A stretch of 64,000 nucleotides of DNA from Callorhinchus milii (lineage: Eukaryota). The notes under the pieces were generated by a model that was given only the letters and a program-made list of their open reading frames with translations, had not been told where the DNA came from and ran no database searches. Of this stretch, positions 63,384 through 64,000 are shown in pieces. Every line of letters starts with the position of its first letter. Position 1 is the first letter of the stretch. The stretch is from assembly GCF_018977255.1 (NCBI RefSeq), contig NW_024704743.1, positions 64,482,001-64,546,000 of the forward strand. The letters run 5' to 3'. Both the position numbers and the translations under genes were made by a program.

Positions 63384-64000
63384 TTTCTGGTTCCCCTTTA
63401 AAAGCTGCTATGGATTGCGTCTCAACCAGCAGTGCCGGCAGAGCAATCCATATCCTAACTAGTCTGTGAAAAGATTCTCCTAACCTCCCCAATTGCTTGT
63501 GTGCTAACTATTTTAAATGGATGCCCTCCAGACTGATGGAATGAAAGATTCTTGTGTCTTTTGGTTATACGTGTCCAACACAAAACAAGCTTGGGCAGTT
63601 TCTATCAGCATCTTAGTAGATTTAATTTTGCATTAATTGGCAATATCACTTAAAGAAGCAAAGTACACCTGATGTAGGAATTGAAAAATTGTTATGCGGG
63701 AGCAGTAGGTGAACTCTTCTGGGGTTGGATTCAGCAGTTTTCTCTGCATTGTAGCTGTGCTGTACCTGATACAAGAGTACTCAAACTGACTCTGGGTCCC
63801 CACATAGGAAAGTGTTCCATTTACGTTGCATATGAAATTCTCACCATGGCGAGCACAAAATTAGCTTAAAATAATTTATATCAGAATTCTTTAGGTAAAC
63901 TTACTGCTTCACAACTACTCAAAGAAATTCTTCCTTAAGAATGAAGTTTTGAAAACCATCCAAATTTTCTGCAATTAATTTTGTAAGATTGTTTTTACCT

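Overview
Repeat-rich, AT-rich vertebrate genomic DNA. The repeat content (Deu-domain tRNA SINEs, L2 and CR1 LINEs, shark-type Penelope-derived repeats) points to a cartilaginous fish, most likely a holocephalan such as elephant shark; this is an inference. I recognise no host protein-coding gene, so the window looks intronic or intergenic. The only candidate host exons are a 15-nt microexon and a weaker 43-nt exon, both on the + strand. The main element is a young, apparently full-length ~3.73 kb single-ORF L2 LINE (39761-43492, minus) encoding APE endonuclease plus RT and broken by two small frameshifts. Several 5'-truncated sister copies and many SINEs share its 3' stem-loop with compensatory base changes. 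Other notable items: a tiny L2 insertion carrying a perfect 62-bp inverted copy of unique DNA from 2.5 kb away; a fold-back palindromic filler at another L2 5' junction; short Penelope-derived elements with 12-bp TSDs, one holding a decayed hammerhead ribozyme; two Helitron-like short elements; and an unclassified interspersed repeat family. Boundaries of old repeats are approximate. I found no evidence for a wholly new multi-gene system.
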